Below, piece by piece: positions 1 to 9,800 of a stretch of DNA of 32,000 nt. The notes beneath the pieces were generated by a model that had not been told where the DNA came from, ran no database searches, and saw nothing but the letters and a program-made list of their open reading frames with translations. Where the stretch lies: positions 1 through 32,000 of the forward strand of contig CAZPUN010000021.1 in NCBI GenBank assembly GCA_964589775.1, read 5' to 3'. Each line of letters opens with the position of its first letter. Position 1 is the first letter of the stretch. The stretch is from an uncultured archaeon (GTDB lineage Archaea; Asgardarchaeota; Thorarchaeia; Thorarchaeales; CAZPUN01). Made by a program: the position numbers and the translations under genes.

Positions 1-386
1 ATTACAAGAATTCCATATACCATCGAAGCATCATAACTAGGATCAGGCCAAGGATATCCTGTTAAGACTAATGATGCAAAATTAATAATTGATAATATTG
101 TTCCAATAATCATAACTGCGAGATTTGTTAATGCGCCCCATCTTATTAAATTCTTAGGAGATTCAGTCCATGTTAATATGGCAAGCCATGAGAATATCAT
201 AGTGAATGCCGAAATTGAATACAAGCTAAATAATGCTGCGCCCCACTGCTCATAGAAAGATTGTGGAAATGCAACAATTAAGACAGCTGCTAAGATCAAT
301 AAGAATAATACTATCTTTGAAATCGGGTCCATTGATAGGAATCTATCCATAACACTTTCTGACGATTCAGGCTTTTCTTTTGACAT
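1..386 (-). CDS. Integral membrane protein, partial (runs off the window start)
   Basis: Manual translation from ATG at 386: MSKEKPESSESVMDRFLSMDPISKIVLFLLILAAVLIVAFPQSFYEQWGAALFSLYSISAFTMIFSWLAIL...; open to position 1 with several hydrophobic segments. Absent from the ORF track because it has no stop in the window. Confidence 0.75.
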   Translation of the reverse strand, partial: MSKEKPESSESVMDRFLSMDPISKIVLFLLILAAVLIVAFPQSFYEQWGAALFSLYSISAFTMIFSWLAILTWTESPKNLIRWGALTNLAVMIIGTILSIINFASLVLTGYPWPDPSYDASMVYGILV

Positions 387-622
387 AAATTATTTCAACC
401 CCGAATTGGATTTTTATTGACTATTCAACCAAATATATGAAATGTATTTATATTCTTTCCTTTTGGGTGCTTTAATATGTGTTTTCATTATTCTATTGAA
501 TTTTTTATACAAATACGAATAAAATCTATGAAATATTAGGACAACTAGCGAAAGGCTCTTATTGTACATTGGTACTATTTTTTTGTGGAAATAATTAATC
601 AAAGAATGGCCAGGTGATAATT

Positions 623-1630
623 TTGGAACTACGAGAATTCTTTCTAACAAAAACCGTCCCATTATTTAGACCAACTGAAATTAAAGAAGATGCCAAGTCG
701 TTCATCAGCATGTATGGCGGATACATGAACGATGTTGCAATTATGGCGAAAGATAGCAAAGGTTTTGCATATTATCCGAGTAAAACAGCTCCAGTTTATG
801 AAAATAGACCCGATTTTCTCGAACAATTTATTACGCTTGCATCTGAAATTGGGGTTAATGTAAGTGTGGGTATGAATCTCTTTGTTGATGAATATTTTGC
901 AAAAGATCCGAAGTATAAGACATACAATGAAAACGGGGAAGCAGCGCCTCATGCAGTTTGTCCTAATCGTGTTGAGCTGATTGATTATGCTAAAGAAATT
1001 GTAAGCGAGTTACTAAACTTTCCAGTTTCTGAAATAATCCTTTTTGGTGCAGGATATATTCGTGATGATTATTGTTTGTGTAAGACTTGTAAGAAAGAGT
1101 TTGCAAAAGCAATATCTGCAGATTCCGATATCAGCTGGAGCTTAATATCAAGCGATGCAAACTATATGAGTGCATGGGAAGAATTTAGAAGCTCAAAAAT
1201 CAACAATGCGCTTCAAGAAATCAAGAGTGTCATAGTTTCATCCGGAAAAGATGTGAAATTAACTGTTGAGATACCAATTGACCCGGAAACTGGACTTTCT
1301 GATGGTCTTCTCAAGACATATGGTCTGGACATCAACGCGATACGTGATATCACAAAGAGCATAATGATTAATGTATATCCTTGGACCCCTGCATTGCCCG
1401 ACCAAGGAACTAAAGAGTTTGATGAACTTGTTTCATCTCTGTACTTTACAAAAGAGTTTATCCGTAGAGGTGGCTCAGTATCAATATATCGATGGGGCGC
1501 TTCAGATGAAGATACTATCAATCAACTAAGAGCCATTGCGAAAGCAGCTGAATTAGACCGCGTAATTACGAGCTTTACATTACCTGAAAATTACAGAGAA
1601 CGCAGAGAATCTTCCTTATTTGTATTATAA
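623..1630 (+). CDS. Glycoside-hydrolase-like TIM-barrel protein (GHL10/GH42-like), possibly inactive
   Basis: Motifs 'AKDSKGFAYYPS', 'VCPNR' and the Cys cluster 'YCLCKTCKKEF'. GGTGA RBS at 613-617 suggests TTG 623 as start (ORF track starts at 614). Confidence 0.65.
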   Translation: MELREFFLTKTVPLFRPTEIKEDAKSFISMYGGYMNDVAIMAKDSKGFAYYPSKTAPVYENRPDFLEQFITLASEIGVNVSVGMNLFVDEYFAKDPKYKTYNENGEAAPHAVCPNRVELIDYAKEIVSELLNFPVSEIILFGAGYIRDDYCLCKTCKKEFAKAISADSDISWSLISSDANYMSAWEEFRSSKINNALQEIKSVIVSSGKDVKLTVEIPIDPETGLSDGLLKTYGLDINAIRDITKSIMINVYPWTPALPDQGTKEFDELVSSLYFTKEFIRRGGSVSIYRWGASDEDTINQLRAIAKAAELDRVITSFTLPENYRERRESSLFVL

Positions 1631-1641
1631 AAAGTAAATTA

Positions 1642-1670
1642 CGGCAATTCTGCCGGCTCTTTTTATTTTT
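1642..1670. terminator. Small hairpin plus T-tract between convergent genes
   Basis: CGGCA-attc-TGCCG (1642-1655) followed by a T-rich run, in the 38-bp gap between two convergent stops. Confidence 0.45.
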
Positions 1671-2484
1671 ATACGGGGTGTCCGCATTTCTTACAGTATG
1701 TAGCACCTTTTGGTATAGATGCTCCACAATTCAGGCAAAAACCAACTTCAGATGATAGACCTGGCGGTATACGCCGTGATTGGGTTTTTTCAACTGTATT
1801 TTCTCTATTTCGCATAGGTTGTAATCCTGCAGGTTCCGTGTTGGATTTTGGCCACTGATTTCTGTCGCGTGGTCTTCCATCATCATCAAATAGGTCTGGA
1901 AAATCAAGCATTTCTTCCCATGAGTTATCTCTTACATGTGGGTATTCTTCTGGATGCGTGTCCTGTATTTGTGGTCTGATGTTTCTGCCTCTTGAAATCG
2001 CTACATTTGGATCACTTCGCTGATATGTTCTAGCATATGCATTGTTTCTTATTTGTGGTTTGGGGCGTCGTATAGTGCCTTGCGGCATCATATCATCGGG
2101 TGTCCATAATCCTTGAGCATATTCTAACATCATGAAATGAAATCGTTCTTTCAAGCGGTCATATTCCTCTATGGTCATTCCGAGCACTTCTAATGCATGA
2201 TCACGCTCAGGGCATGGTTTGCTTGCCGGGCAACAGTATATTAAGCTTCCATAGCATAATGAAGCCATTGCTTTTTCTTGTTCAGATTTATAGATTGGCG
2301 AAATTCTGCGGCCACCTAAAATAATATTATTTCCATCGTGTTTTATATCTGAATATGATTCGGCAAGTGCAGCTTCAATAACTTCATCGGCTGGGTATGC
2401 TTTCCCATCTATAATAATATTTCCTTTGATTGCTTTTGGAGATACTATTTTTGCATGTTCTGTTTTTCTAGCATTTGTTATCAT
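1669..2484 (-). CDS. Cys-cluster protein: methanogenesis-marker-9-like repeat, disordered linker, C-terminal zinc ribbon
   Basis: CYGSLIYCCPASKPCPERDHALEVLGMTIEEY motif; Pro/Arg/Gln-rich middle; terminal FCLNCG...YCKKCG zinc ribbon; GGTGG RBS. Confidence 0.75.
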   Translation of the reverse strand: MITNARKTEHAKIVSPKAIKGNIIIDGKAYPADEVIEAALAESYSDIKHDGNNIILGGRRISPIYKSEQEKAMASLCYGSLIYCCPASKPCPERDHALEVLGMTIEEYDRLKERFHFMMLEYAQGLWTPDDMMPQGTIRRPKPQIRNNAYARTYQRSDPNVAISRGRNIRPQIQDTHPEEYPHVRDNSWEEMLDFPDLFDDDGRPRDRNQWPKSNTEPAGLQPMRNRENTVEKTQSRRIPPGLSSEVGFCLNCGASIPKGATYCKKCGHPV

Positions 2485-2644
2485 AAGACTGCCACCTTAA
2501 TTTAAAGAGCGATAAAATCATCTACATCACAATCAATACAATTATTGAAGTTAAATCATGGTATTATCACGAAAATACAACCTATTTAATTCCGAATTAG
2601 ATTACATTATATACCTAAGAAGTGATTTTGTTGTGGTGATCCAA

Positions 2645-2947
2645 ATGCCCGAGGAAACGCGGCGAAAGAAAATTATTGACATCCTATTAGAATCTGAAAA
2701 TCCAATTTCTCCCGAAGAAATTGCAATTCGACTAGATGAACAAAATGTCAATTTAATCTATAGTGATATGGAACATGTTGTGAAGACGCTTAAGTCTTTG
2801 AATTACAAAGTAATTGCTGAACCTCCTGTATGCAAGAAATGTGGTTATGTGTTCAAGAAAACATTATATAAGAAACCATCTAGATGTCCAAAATGTAAGA
2901 GTGAATGGATACAGGAACCACGATATCTAGTTCGGAGGAAAAAATAG
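2645..2947 (+). CDS. Archaeal HTH + Zn-ribbon transcriptional regulator (COG3357-like)
   Basis: TRRKKIIDIL...EIAIRL...DMEHV.K HTH, then PPVCKKCGYVF...KPSRCPKCKSEWI. GGTGAT RBS precedes ATG 2645. Confidence 0.85.
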   Translation: MPEETRRKKIIDILLESENPISPEEIAIRLDEQNVNLIYSDMEHVVKTLKSLNYKVIAEPPVCKKCGYVFKKTLYKKPSRCPKCKSEWIQEPRYLVRRKK

Positions 2948-2948
2948 T

Positions 2949-4442
2949 TTGGATTTTAAATTGCCACAAACCGTGCGAGAACATATATTAAGTATGATAA
3001 AACCGACAGAAAAAGAAATAATACAGATAAAATCTATTGCTTCCCAATTAAAAGATGCAATTTTAGAATTAAATGAAGAAGTGCAATTCCCTATTTCTTT
3101 TATTTCTCCTGAAGGATCTACTGGCAAAAAGCAAACACAATTGCGTGGTGCAAGTGATATAGATCTTTTTATTGCCTTAAAGATGGTTGAATATCCTGAG
3201 CTTTTAAATATGAAAAGAAAAGAAAGACGAAAATTTTCACGCGATTTGTTTGAGCGTTTAATTGATTCATTAGTACTACCGGCTATCTCAAAGATTTCTA
3301 ATGTTACAAATTTGATGAAAGCATATGCAGAACATCCCTATGTGAAAATGTCTATTGATCATGTTGAGGTTGATATTGTCGGATGCTTCGATATTCCAAA
3401 AGAAATTCTCTTTGAGTATGGTCCGATTACAGCTGTTGATCGTAGTCCTCATCATACCAATTTTGTGGTCGCAAATATTAATGAAAAATTAAGAGATGAT
3501 ATCCGCCTTTTCAAAGCATTTACAAAAGCATCTTATTCATATGGTGATAAAGCAGCTATCGGGCGTTCAGGATTTACGGGCTATAGCATTGAAGTGATGA
3601 CTATCCTTTGGAATGGATTTGAAAACCTGATTAAAAATTTATCATCGCTGGAACGTACACCTCTTGATTATTTTAATAGAACAAAGAAAGAATTACTTAA
3701 GATTGAAGGATTTCGGGATCATTTCTTAATTATTGTAGATCCTACAGATCCTAAGAGAAATGCAGGTGCGAGCATTTCACGGCGCTCATATTATTGGGTT
3801 GTCGAACGTATATTGCAATTAACAGAGTTGCTATCAAAAAGTTCAGACCCTATGGAGTATGAGCAATTTTTTATTTATCGTCCAATTCCTGTAGAAGGTG
3901 TCAAGAATAGCCCGAACCTATTTTCTATTGGATTTAGGGGTGATCCCTCAGTTCATTATACAATATTTAGAGACAAACTTCATCATTATGCCTGTAAGTT
4001 GGCGTTTTTCCTACAATATGAGCATACTGGTGAAATAAAATTTCCTGACGTACATTTTGAAATATATTTTGAGAATCATGATTTTTCGGTAGCATTCTAT
4101 ACAAGTGAGCCAAATATTTCTGAAACTTATTTACGACGTGGGCCGCCTCTTAAAAACAAAATCGCAGTTCAAAAATTTAAAGAATCTAATATGAATATAA
4201 CCGAGCGCGGTAGATTTGTATGGGCGATTAAAAAGCGTTCGCACACATCTTTTGATGAGGCTATTTCTTGGTATGTTCGACAAAATCCTCCTGATTTCTT
4301 CGAACTAACTTCTATAAACGATTCTAGTTCAATACTTCAATTGCGTAATAAATACATCTTAAAAAACTGCATATTGAAAATTCTTCAAGACCGACCTGAT
4401 CTTTATTGTCAGGGATATCAAAAGAGGAAGGGGCGAAGATAA
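2949..4442 (+). CDS. cca: Archaeal (class I) CCA-adding tRNA nucleotidyltransferase
   Basis: GS...DIDLF nucleotidyltransferase motif, YAEHPY, VDIV, AVDRSPHH, GFTGYSIE, DPTDPKRNAGA, RRGPP. Confidence 0.93.
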   Translation: MDFKLPQTVREHILSMIKPTEKEIIQIKSIASQLKDAILELNEEVQFPISFISPEGSTGKKQTQLRGASDIDLFIALKMVEYPELLNMKRKERRKFSRDLFERLIDSLVLPAISKISNVTNLMKAYAEHPYVKMSIDHVEVDIVGCFDIPKEILFEYGPITAVDRSPHHTNFVVANINEKLRDDIRLFKAFTKASYSYGDKAAIGRSGFTGYSIEVMTILWNGFENLIKNLSSLERTPLDYFNRTKKELLKIEGFRDHFLIIVDPTDPKRNAGASISRRSYYWVVERILQLTELLSKSSDPMEYEQFFIYRPIPVEGVKNSPNLFSIGFRGDPSVHYTIFRDKLHHYACKLAFFLQYEHTGEIKFPDVHFEIYFENHDFSVAFYTSEPNISETYLRRGPPLKNKIAVQKFKESNMNITERGRFVWAIKKRSHTSFDEAISWYVRQNPPDFFELTSINDSSSILQLRNKYILKNCILKILQDRPDLYCQGYQKRKGRR

Positions 4443-5509
4443 TGGAAAATTTTCAATTACTCGTAAATTCTGATGTTTTAAAGCATACTACTTTTCACGT
4501 CAAACCATGGCTTGAAGCTTTTGAAAATCCACAACGAATTCAATATACACTTGATTATCTTAGAAACGTCTCCATGTTGGGTTATGTTATAAAAACTGTG
4601 AAACGTTCTGCTACAAGCATAGACCTTATGAAGGTGCATTCTCCGTTTCTAATCGAATTAATCATCGAGTTAAATGATATTGGTACTGGTGAAATTGGAG
4701 AGAATGCATTTGCCAGTGAAAACTTATTGAAGAGTATTCTTGCTGCAGTAGGAACTGCATTTGAAGCCGTAGATCGTGTTATGCAAAATAAAACCCGACA
4801 TGCATTTGCAATGATTCGACCTCCGGGGCATCATGCATCATATTCCAATGCTATGGGCCTATGTTTTGTTAATAATATGGCGCTTACAGTAAATTATCTT
4901 AATGAAAAATATAATCTCGGGCGTATTGCGATAATTGATATCGATGACCATTTTGGCAATGGCACTTCAGAAATGTTCTATACAGACCCTGATGTTCTTT
5001 ATATTTCATTGCATGAATATGATCTTTCTGCACCTTGGGCGGGAGGAATTGATGAGATTGGCTTTGGCGCTGGTGAAGGCACTAATATCAATATTCCTCT
5101 TGCTGAGCAAAGTAACGGTGATGATTATATTAAAGCAATAGACAGTATTGTGCTCCCAATTTTGAAGCGCTTTGATCCGGAGATTGTATTAGTCTCTGCT
5201 GGCTTTGATGGTCATTATTTAGACCCGGTCGGTAATCTTTGTTTAACTTCGCAAACATATTACGAATTTGCAAAAAGGATAAATGAATTTGTAAAATCTA
5301 TCAAATACAAAAAGACCATATGGTTACTGGAAGGGGGTTATAATCCCTTTGCAATGGGTTGTTCAATAGAAGCAATAATAACTGCGCTTGAAAATAAACG
5401 ATACAAACCTCTACCAGACTTGTTCAGTTCAATTCCTAAAAAATATCAAAAGACACAACATAATAATCGGGTTTTATTTGAATTAAAAGACCTCCATAAT
5501 TTAACTTAA
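4442..5509 (+). CDS. Zn-dependent histone deacetylase family protein (HDAC/AcuC/AphA)
   Basis: RPPGHHA, GLCFVNN, DIDDHFGNGT, SLHE, SAGFDGH..DP and LEGGY are all intact. ATG 4442 overlaps the cca stop (TAATG). Confidence 0.93.
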   Translation: MENFQLLVNSDVLKHTTFHVKPWLEAFENPQRIQYTLDYLRNVSMLGYVIKTVKRSATSIDLMKVHSPFLIELIIELNDIGTGEIGENAFASENLLKSILAAVGTAFEAVDRVMQNKTRHAFAMIRPPGHHASYSNAMGLCFVNNMALTVNYLNEKYNLGRIAIIDIDDHFGNGTSEMFYTDPDVLYISLHEYDLSAPWAGGIDEIGFGAGEGTNINIPLAEQSNGDDYIKAIDSIVLPILKRFDPEIVLVSAGFDGHYLDPVGNLCLTSQTYYEFAKRINEFVKSIKYKKTIWLLEGGYNPFAMGCSIEAIITALENKRYKPLPDLFSSIPKKYQKTQHNNRVLFELKDLHNLT

Positions 5510-5559
5510 TTATAAAAAATATCGATCTGCGACAAAAAAGGAGAAGATTTGAAATGTTA

Positions 5560-6288
5560 TTACCCTTTCATACTTTGATTTTTTATGTCCATTATTATTA
5601 GGTTTACAAAATTAAACTCCATGTGTACTATAATTGCTGCGATTAGACAATTTGTTAAATCGTAAAAATAACCTGCAATAATTCCTAACAGAAATGCACT
5701 GATCATAGTTAGGGCAACGACAATCTTTGGCTTTCTTGAAATTAGGCTTAGATGAACCAAGGAAAATATAATTGCACCTATTATTATTCCCAGTGTAATA
5801 TTCAAATCAAAAACTTGAACGCTTAATGGAAGATTAAGTTCTATTGTTCGCTGAATTAATCCTCTGAATGCAAATTCTTCTGCGATGCTTGCGAGAACCA
5901 CGATCAATATAAATATTTGAATAATGCCATGTTTATCCGGTACTTTTTCTGTGTCTGATGTATTCACTATTTTCAAGACAATCTCTATAGATATTAAAAT
6001 AATGCCACCAAATATGAAGCCATAGATGATTGAGTTAATTATAGTCGAATCTAAATTTATTATTCCATATGAACTTATGTTTCCTCCTGAAATAATTACG
6101 ATTATCAAAAGACTAAGTATAGTTACTACTGGACTTATTATTGCGCTTGCAATAAAATTATTTTCTGAAATTTGCTCTTTTAATTTTTTATTTTTACTTT
6201 GAAGTACTGACAAGATTCCGAATGCTATAAAATAAATCAAAAACACGCAACCTATAGCAACTGGTATTGATAAGATACCTAACGCCAA
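5560..6288 (-). CDS. CPBP/Abi family intramembrane (CAAX-type) glutamic protease
   Basis: EEFAFRG, FSLVH and HMEFN motifs in a multi-pass membrane protein. Confidence 0.9.
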   Translation of the reverse strand: MALGILSIPVAIGCVFLIYFIAFGILSVLQSKNKKLKEQISENNFIASAIISPVVTILSLLIIVIISGGNISSYGIINLDSTIINSIIYGFIFGGIILISIEIVLKIVNTSDTEKVPDKHGIIQIFILIVVLASIAEEFAFRGLIQRTIELNLPLSVQVFDLNITLGIIIGAIIFSLVHLSLISRKPKIVVALTMISAFLLGIIAGYFYDLTNCLIAAIIVHMEFNFVNLIIMDIKNQSMKG

Positions 6289-6408
6289 GATTAATCACTC
6301 CAGATATTACTCAACTTTTCTCCTTTTAAACAAATAATATTTAGCAATTGTTGGCTTAACATATGTACAACTTGAATTTTTAAAAAAATAAAATAAAAAT
6401 GTAGTGTT

Positions 6409-7743
6409 CTATTCAACACTTGATACATATCTTGCTTGTAATGTAATTCGGTTCTTTAATTCTCTAACTGGTATTCCTGTTTCTTTTGCAATTTGTAGTA
6501 GATCATCAGCTTCTGCTTTAATATTTACAATTTCGCCCTTTTCGTTTTTGGCTATTTTGGCTCTTACTTTGTATGTTTTTTCATCGATTGTAATGCTAAC
6601 TACAACGATTTCTCTAAGTAATTTAATACGTTCCCATTTGGAATATCTAATTCCTAGGGTACCCAAGTGTTTAAACAGAATATTTGCTATTTTGTACAGA
6701 TTATGCTCATATGCTGTTATTTTTAATATATGGCAAGGTCGATTCTTTTTACAAATTGCTGGTATAATTACCATATCTAATGCTATTTTCTGCGACATAA
6801 TTATCTCAAATAAGCCGCCAATAACTTCTGAATCAATATCGTCAATAGTTGTCTCAATTATAAGTACTTCATCGTGTGTTTTCTTATCAGCTGCGGATAC
6901 GGGTTCTTTTGTTATTTCGGTGACTCCAACATCTTGGGGTACTACTTTCGGTTCTACTTGTGTAGGAATTTCTTTCTCGTTTACAATTAATATACGAAAA
7001 GCATCTGTGTGTCCCGGAATTTCACGTTGTCCGAATCCTGCTCCAGACTTTTCGATTTCATATTGGTCTAAACTATCAACGACACCTTCTACAAATGCAG
7101 AAAGAATCGCTGCTCCTGTAGGTGTTGTTAATTCGCCCTCCACAGGGCCTTCAAAATATGGAATATTATGGGATTCAAGAATTTCTTTTGTCAATGGCGC
7201 TGGGACTTCCAATTCGCCTTGCATTGTATTTATTTTACCTTTTCCAACTGCAACAGGCAAAGTCATAATTTCTATATTTTTCATAAATCCGACTCGATCA
7301 AATAAGAACGCCGCACCTGCTATATGAAAAATTGTTTCAATACTTCCAATCTCATATAATTCCAAGTCTTCTTCATTTATTCCTTTAACTTTTACAGCTG
7401 CATTGATTAAAATATCCAAAGCCTTCATTGCTAGAGCAGAAGATTGTGGTGACAATTCAAGCTCTTCAGAGACGGACTTTAATATTTCTCGTAATTCGCC
7501 TGGATGTTTTAATCTTAAATTACTGGATTTAAAATCAATTAATTTGCCTTTCATACCGTTTCGTTCGATTTCTTCAACATTTCCATAGACCCCTGTATCG
7601 AAAATCAGAAGACATGATGTCACTGGAAATAGAAAATTAGGGTCGCCGTATAAATCTAATAGAGCCGCTAAGAACATATCACCTGAAACGCCTGATTTAG
7701 ACGGGTCTAATATAATCCGTTTGGTCATTGTGTGTAGCTCCAA
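6409..7743 (-). CDS. larC: LarC-family (nickel-pincer cofactor nickel insertase-like) protein, divergent
   Basis: SGVSGDMFLAALLDL, VPAP, GELTTPTGAAIL, GAGFG, ETTIDD, KKNRP, TLGIR. Confidence 0.85.
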   Translation of the reverse strand: MELHTMTKRIILDPSKSGVSGDMFLAALLDLYGDPNFLFPVTSCLLIFDTGVYGNVEEIERNGMKGKLIDFKSSNLRLKHPGELREILKSVSEELELSPQSSALAMKALDILINAAVKVKGINEEDLELYEIGSIETIFHIAGAAFLFDRVGFMKNIEIMTLPVAVGKGKINTMQGELEVPAPLTKEILESHNIPYFEGPVEGELTTPTGAAILSAFVEGVVDSLDQYEIEKSGAGFGQREIPGHTDAFRILIVNEKEIPTQVEPKVVPQDVGVTEITKEPVSAADKKTHDEVLIIETTIDDIDSEVIGGLFEIIMSQKIALDMVIIPAICKKNRPCHILKITAYEHNLYKIANILFKHLGTLGIRYSKWERIKLLREIVVVSITIDEKTYKVRAKIAKNEKGEIVNIKAEADDLLQIAKETGIPVRELKNRITLQARYVSSVE

Positions 7744-7914
7744 TTCCTTGCTTTTTTAACATGACTGATTTACTGCATTATACTTTTCTTGATTCCCTAT
7801 ATATCAATTATGGTATGAAAAATTAAGTGTTGATGTTAATTATCCTGCTTTAGAGTGCTAGATACAAAATACTTAATTGATTTTTTAATCTTTAATTAAA
7901 GCGGAGAGACGAAA

Positions 7915-9372
7915 ATGACCGAAATCAAAATTGACAAGATTTCCGATGGAATTTATGAAATAAGAAAAGGCGTTAAGCCTTGCATGAATGTGCCAGTACG
8001 CGTATATGCCCGCGAGAATCTAATTAAAAAAATGCAACAAGATCGTACTTTTGAACAAGGCGTTAATGTAGCATGCCTTCAGGGCATTCAAAAATTTGCA
8101 GTTATTATGCCCGATGGTCATCAAGGATATGGATTTCCCATCGGCGGAGTAGCTGGAATTAGTGCAGAAACTGGAGTCATAAGCCCTGGAGGGGTCGGTT
8201 ATGATATTAATTGTGGCGTTCGTATGATGCGAACAAACCTTACATATAATGACATTAAAGGCAAATTAGTTGATCTTCTTAGAATGATCTTTACAAATGT
8301 TCCTAGTGGTGTTGGCTCAAAAGGAAAGATTAGAATTGGTGCAAACAGTCCAGAAATGGATGCAGTTCTTAAATATGGTGCGAAGTGGGCTATTGAACAA
8401 GGTTATGGTTGGGATGAAGATTCTCAATTTATTGAGGAAAATGGAAGCATGAAAACTGCGGACCCCTCGAATGTTTCATTTAGAGCAAGAAAGCGTGGGG
8501 CTCCTCAAATTGGTACGCTTGGTTCTGGGAATCATTTTCTTGAAATTCAACGGGTAGCTGAAATTTATGAGCCTGAAACTGCAAAAATCTTTGGAATTAC
8601 TGATGTAGACCAAATTACAGTAATGATCCATTCAGGTTCTCGTGGATTAGGTCATCAAGTCTGCTCAGATTATCTTCAAACGATGGTTCGAGCTGCATCT
8701 AAATATGGCGTAAAATTGCCCGATAAAGAACTTGCTGCAGTTCCATTCAACAGTGATGAAGGTCAAAAATATTTCACAGCAATGAGTTCGGCAGCTAACT
8801 TTGCTTGGGCAAACCGCCAGGCTATGATGCATTGGACTCGTGAAGCTTTTGAAAAATACTTTAGAACAAGTGCTGAAGATCTTGGTATGCATCTCATATA
8901 TGATGTTGCACATAATATTGCAAAACTCGAAGAACACGATGTAAATGGAAAACGAATGAAATTAGTTGTGCACAGAAAAGGTGCAACACGAGCATTTCCA
9001 AAAGGACATCCGGATATTCCTGAAAAATATCGTTCTGTTGGGCAACCTGTACTTATTCCAGGAACAATGGGTACATCAAGTTATCTCTTAGTCGGAGATC
9101 CACGATCAATGGAAATCTCTTTCGGTTCTACTGCACATGGTGCTGGTAGAATGCTAAGTCGTGCAGCGGCAAAAAGAAGATATTACGGAAAGGAAGTTCA
9201 GAGAGATCTGAAACAACATGGTATCATTGTAATGTCTGCAAGCTCTGTGGTCATCGCAGAAGAAGCTCCTGGTGCCTACAAGAATGTCGATGATGTCGTT
9301 CGAGTCTCTCACGATGTTGGAATTGCCCGTCTCGTTGCGAAAATGGTGCCTCTTGGTGTAGTCAAAGGTTAA
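7915..9372 (+). CDS. rtcB: tRNA-splicing RNA ligase RtcB
   Basis: MPDGHQGYGFPIGG, DINCGVR, GNHFLE, HSGSRG, HNIAK, HRKGATR, HGAGR, EEAPGAYK; no intein visible. Confidence 0.97.
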   Translation: MTEIKIDKISDGIYEIRKGVKPCMNVPVRVYARENLIKKMQQDRTFEQGVNVACLQGIQKFAVIMPDGHQGYGFPIGGVAGISAETGVISPGGVGYDINCGVRMMRTNLTYNDIKGKLVDLLRMIFTNVPSGVGSKGKIRIGANSPEMDAVLKYGAKWAIEQGYGWDEDSQFIEENGSMKTADPSNVSFRARKRGAPQIGTLGSGNHFLEIQRVAEIYEPETAKIFGITDVDQITVMIHSGSRGLGHQVCSDYLQTMVRAASKYGVKLPDKELAAVPFNSDEGQKYFTAMSSAANFAWANRQAMMHWTREAFEKYFRTSAEDLGMHLIYDVAHNIAKLEEHDVNGKRMKLVVHRKGATRAFPKGHPDIPEKYRSVGQPVLIPGTMGTSSYLLVGDPRSMEISFGSTAHGAGRMLSRAAAKRRYYGKEVQRDLKQHGIIVMSASSVVIAEEAPGAYKNVDDVVRVSHDVGIARLVAKMVPLGVVKG

Positions 9373-9373
9373 T

Positions 9374-9730
9374 TCATGCTTGTTTCCAATTCGCGAGTAA
9401 TTCCTTCAATGGTGGGACTGTCCCATCGTCTTCTATTTTTTCTAAGGTACCGTTTCGACCTAATGAAACTTGTAGATTTCCATTCCACTCTTTTACCCAG
9501 CCATCTTTTATCCTGATGACCATATCTTGAAATATGTCTCGCTCTTCGCCCCAGCCAAAAATTGTTAGAATAACTCGTCCACTATCATCTCCGATTAATG
9601 CTTCGGTAACAATTGTTTTTCTACCTTGGCGAGTTCTAATTGGTCTTCCAGGCTCAACTGAAATGACACGCGCAACAATTTCATCGAAATTTCTATTTGG
9701 TTTTAAATCTGCTATTTTCACTTTGATCAA
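9374..9730 (-). CDS. Single OB-fold ssDNA-binding protein (SSB/RPA-like)
   Basis: KIADLKP...ARVIS...IGDDSGRVILTIF...IRIKDGWVKEWNGNLQVSLGRNG matches the archaeal single-OB pattern. Confidence 0.85.
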   Translation of the reverse strand: MIKVKIADLKPNRNFDEIVARVISVEPGRPIRTRQGRKTIVTEALIGDDSGRVILTIFGWGEERDIFQDMVIRIKDGWVKEWNGNLQVSLGRNGTLEKIEDDGTVPPLKELLANWKQA

Positions 9731-9800
9731 CCATATCTAAATTTCTTAACAAATGCTTATTTGTTATTTGATAGCAAACAAAAAAGAGAAATGTTCGGAA

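Noticed and set aside
414-662. 82-aa minus-strand ORF
   Set aside because: Lies across an AT-rich divergent promoter region and overlaps the next gene's start; no motif.
6404-7327. 307-aa plus-strand ORF
   Set aside because: Antisense shadow of the larC-like gene; Ser/Ile-rich with no motifs.
7915-9730. RtcB-SSB as an RNA-repair or defence module
   Set aside because: The genes are convergent, both are ordinary housekeeping types, and no archease, Ro or toxin gene is adjacent.
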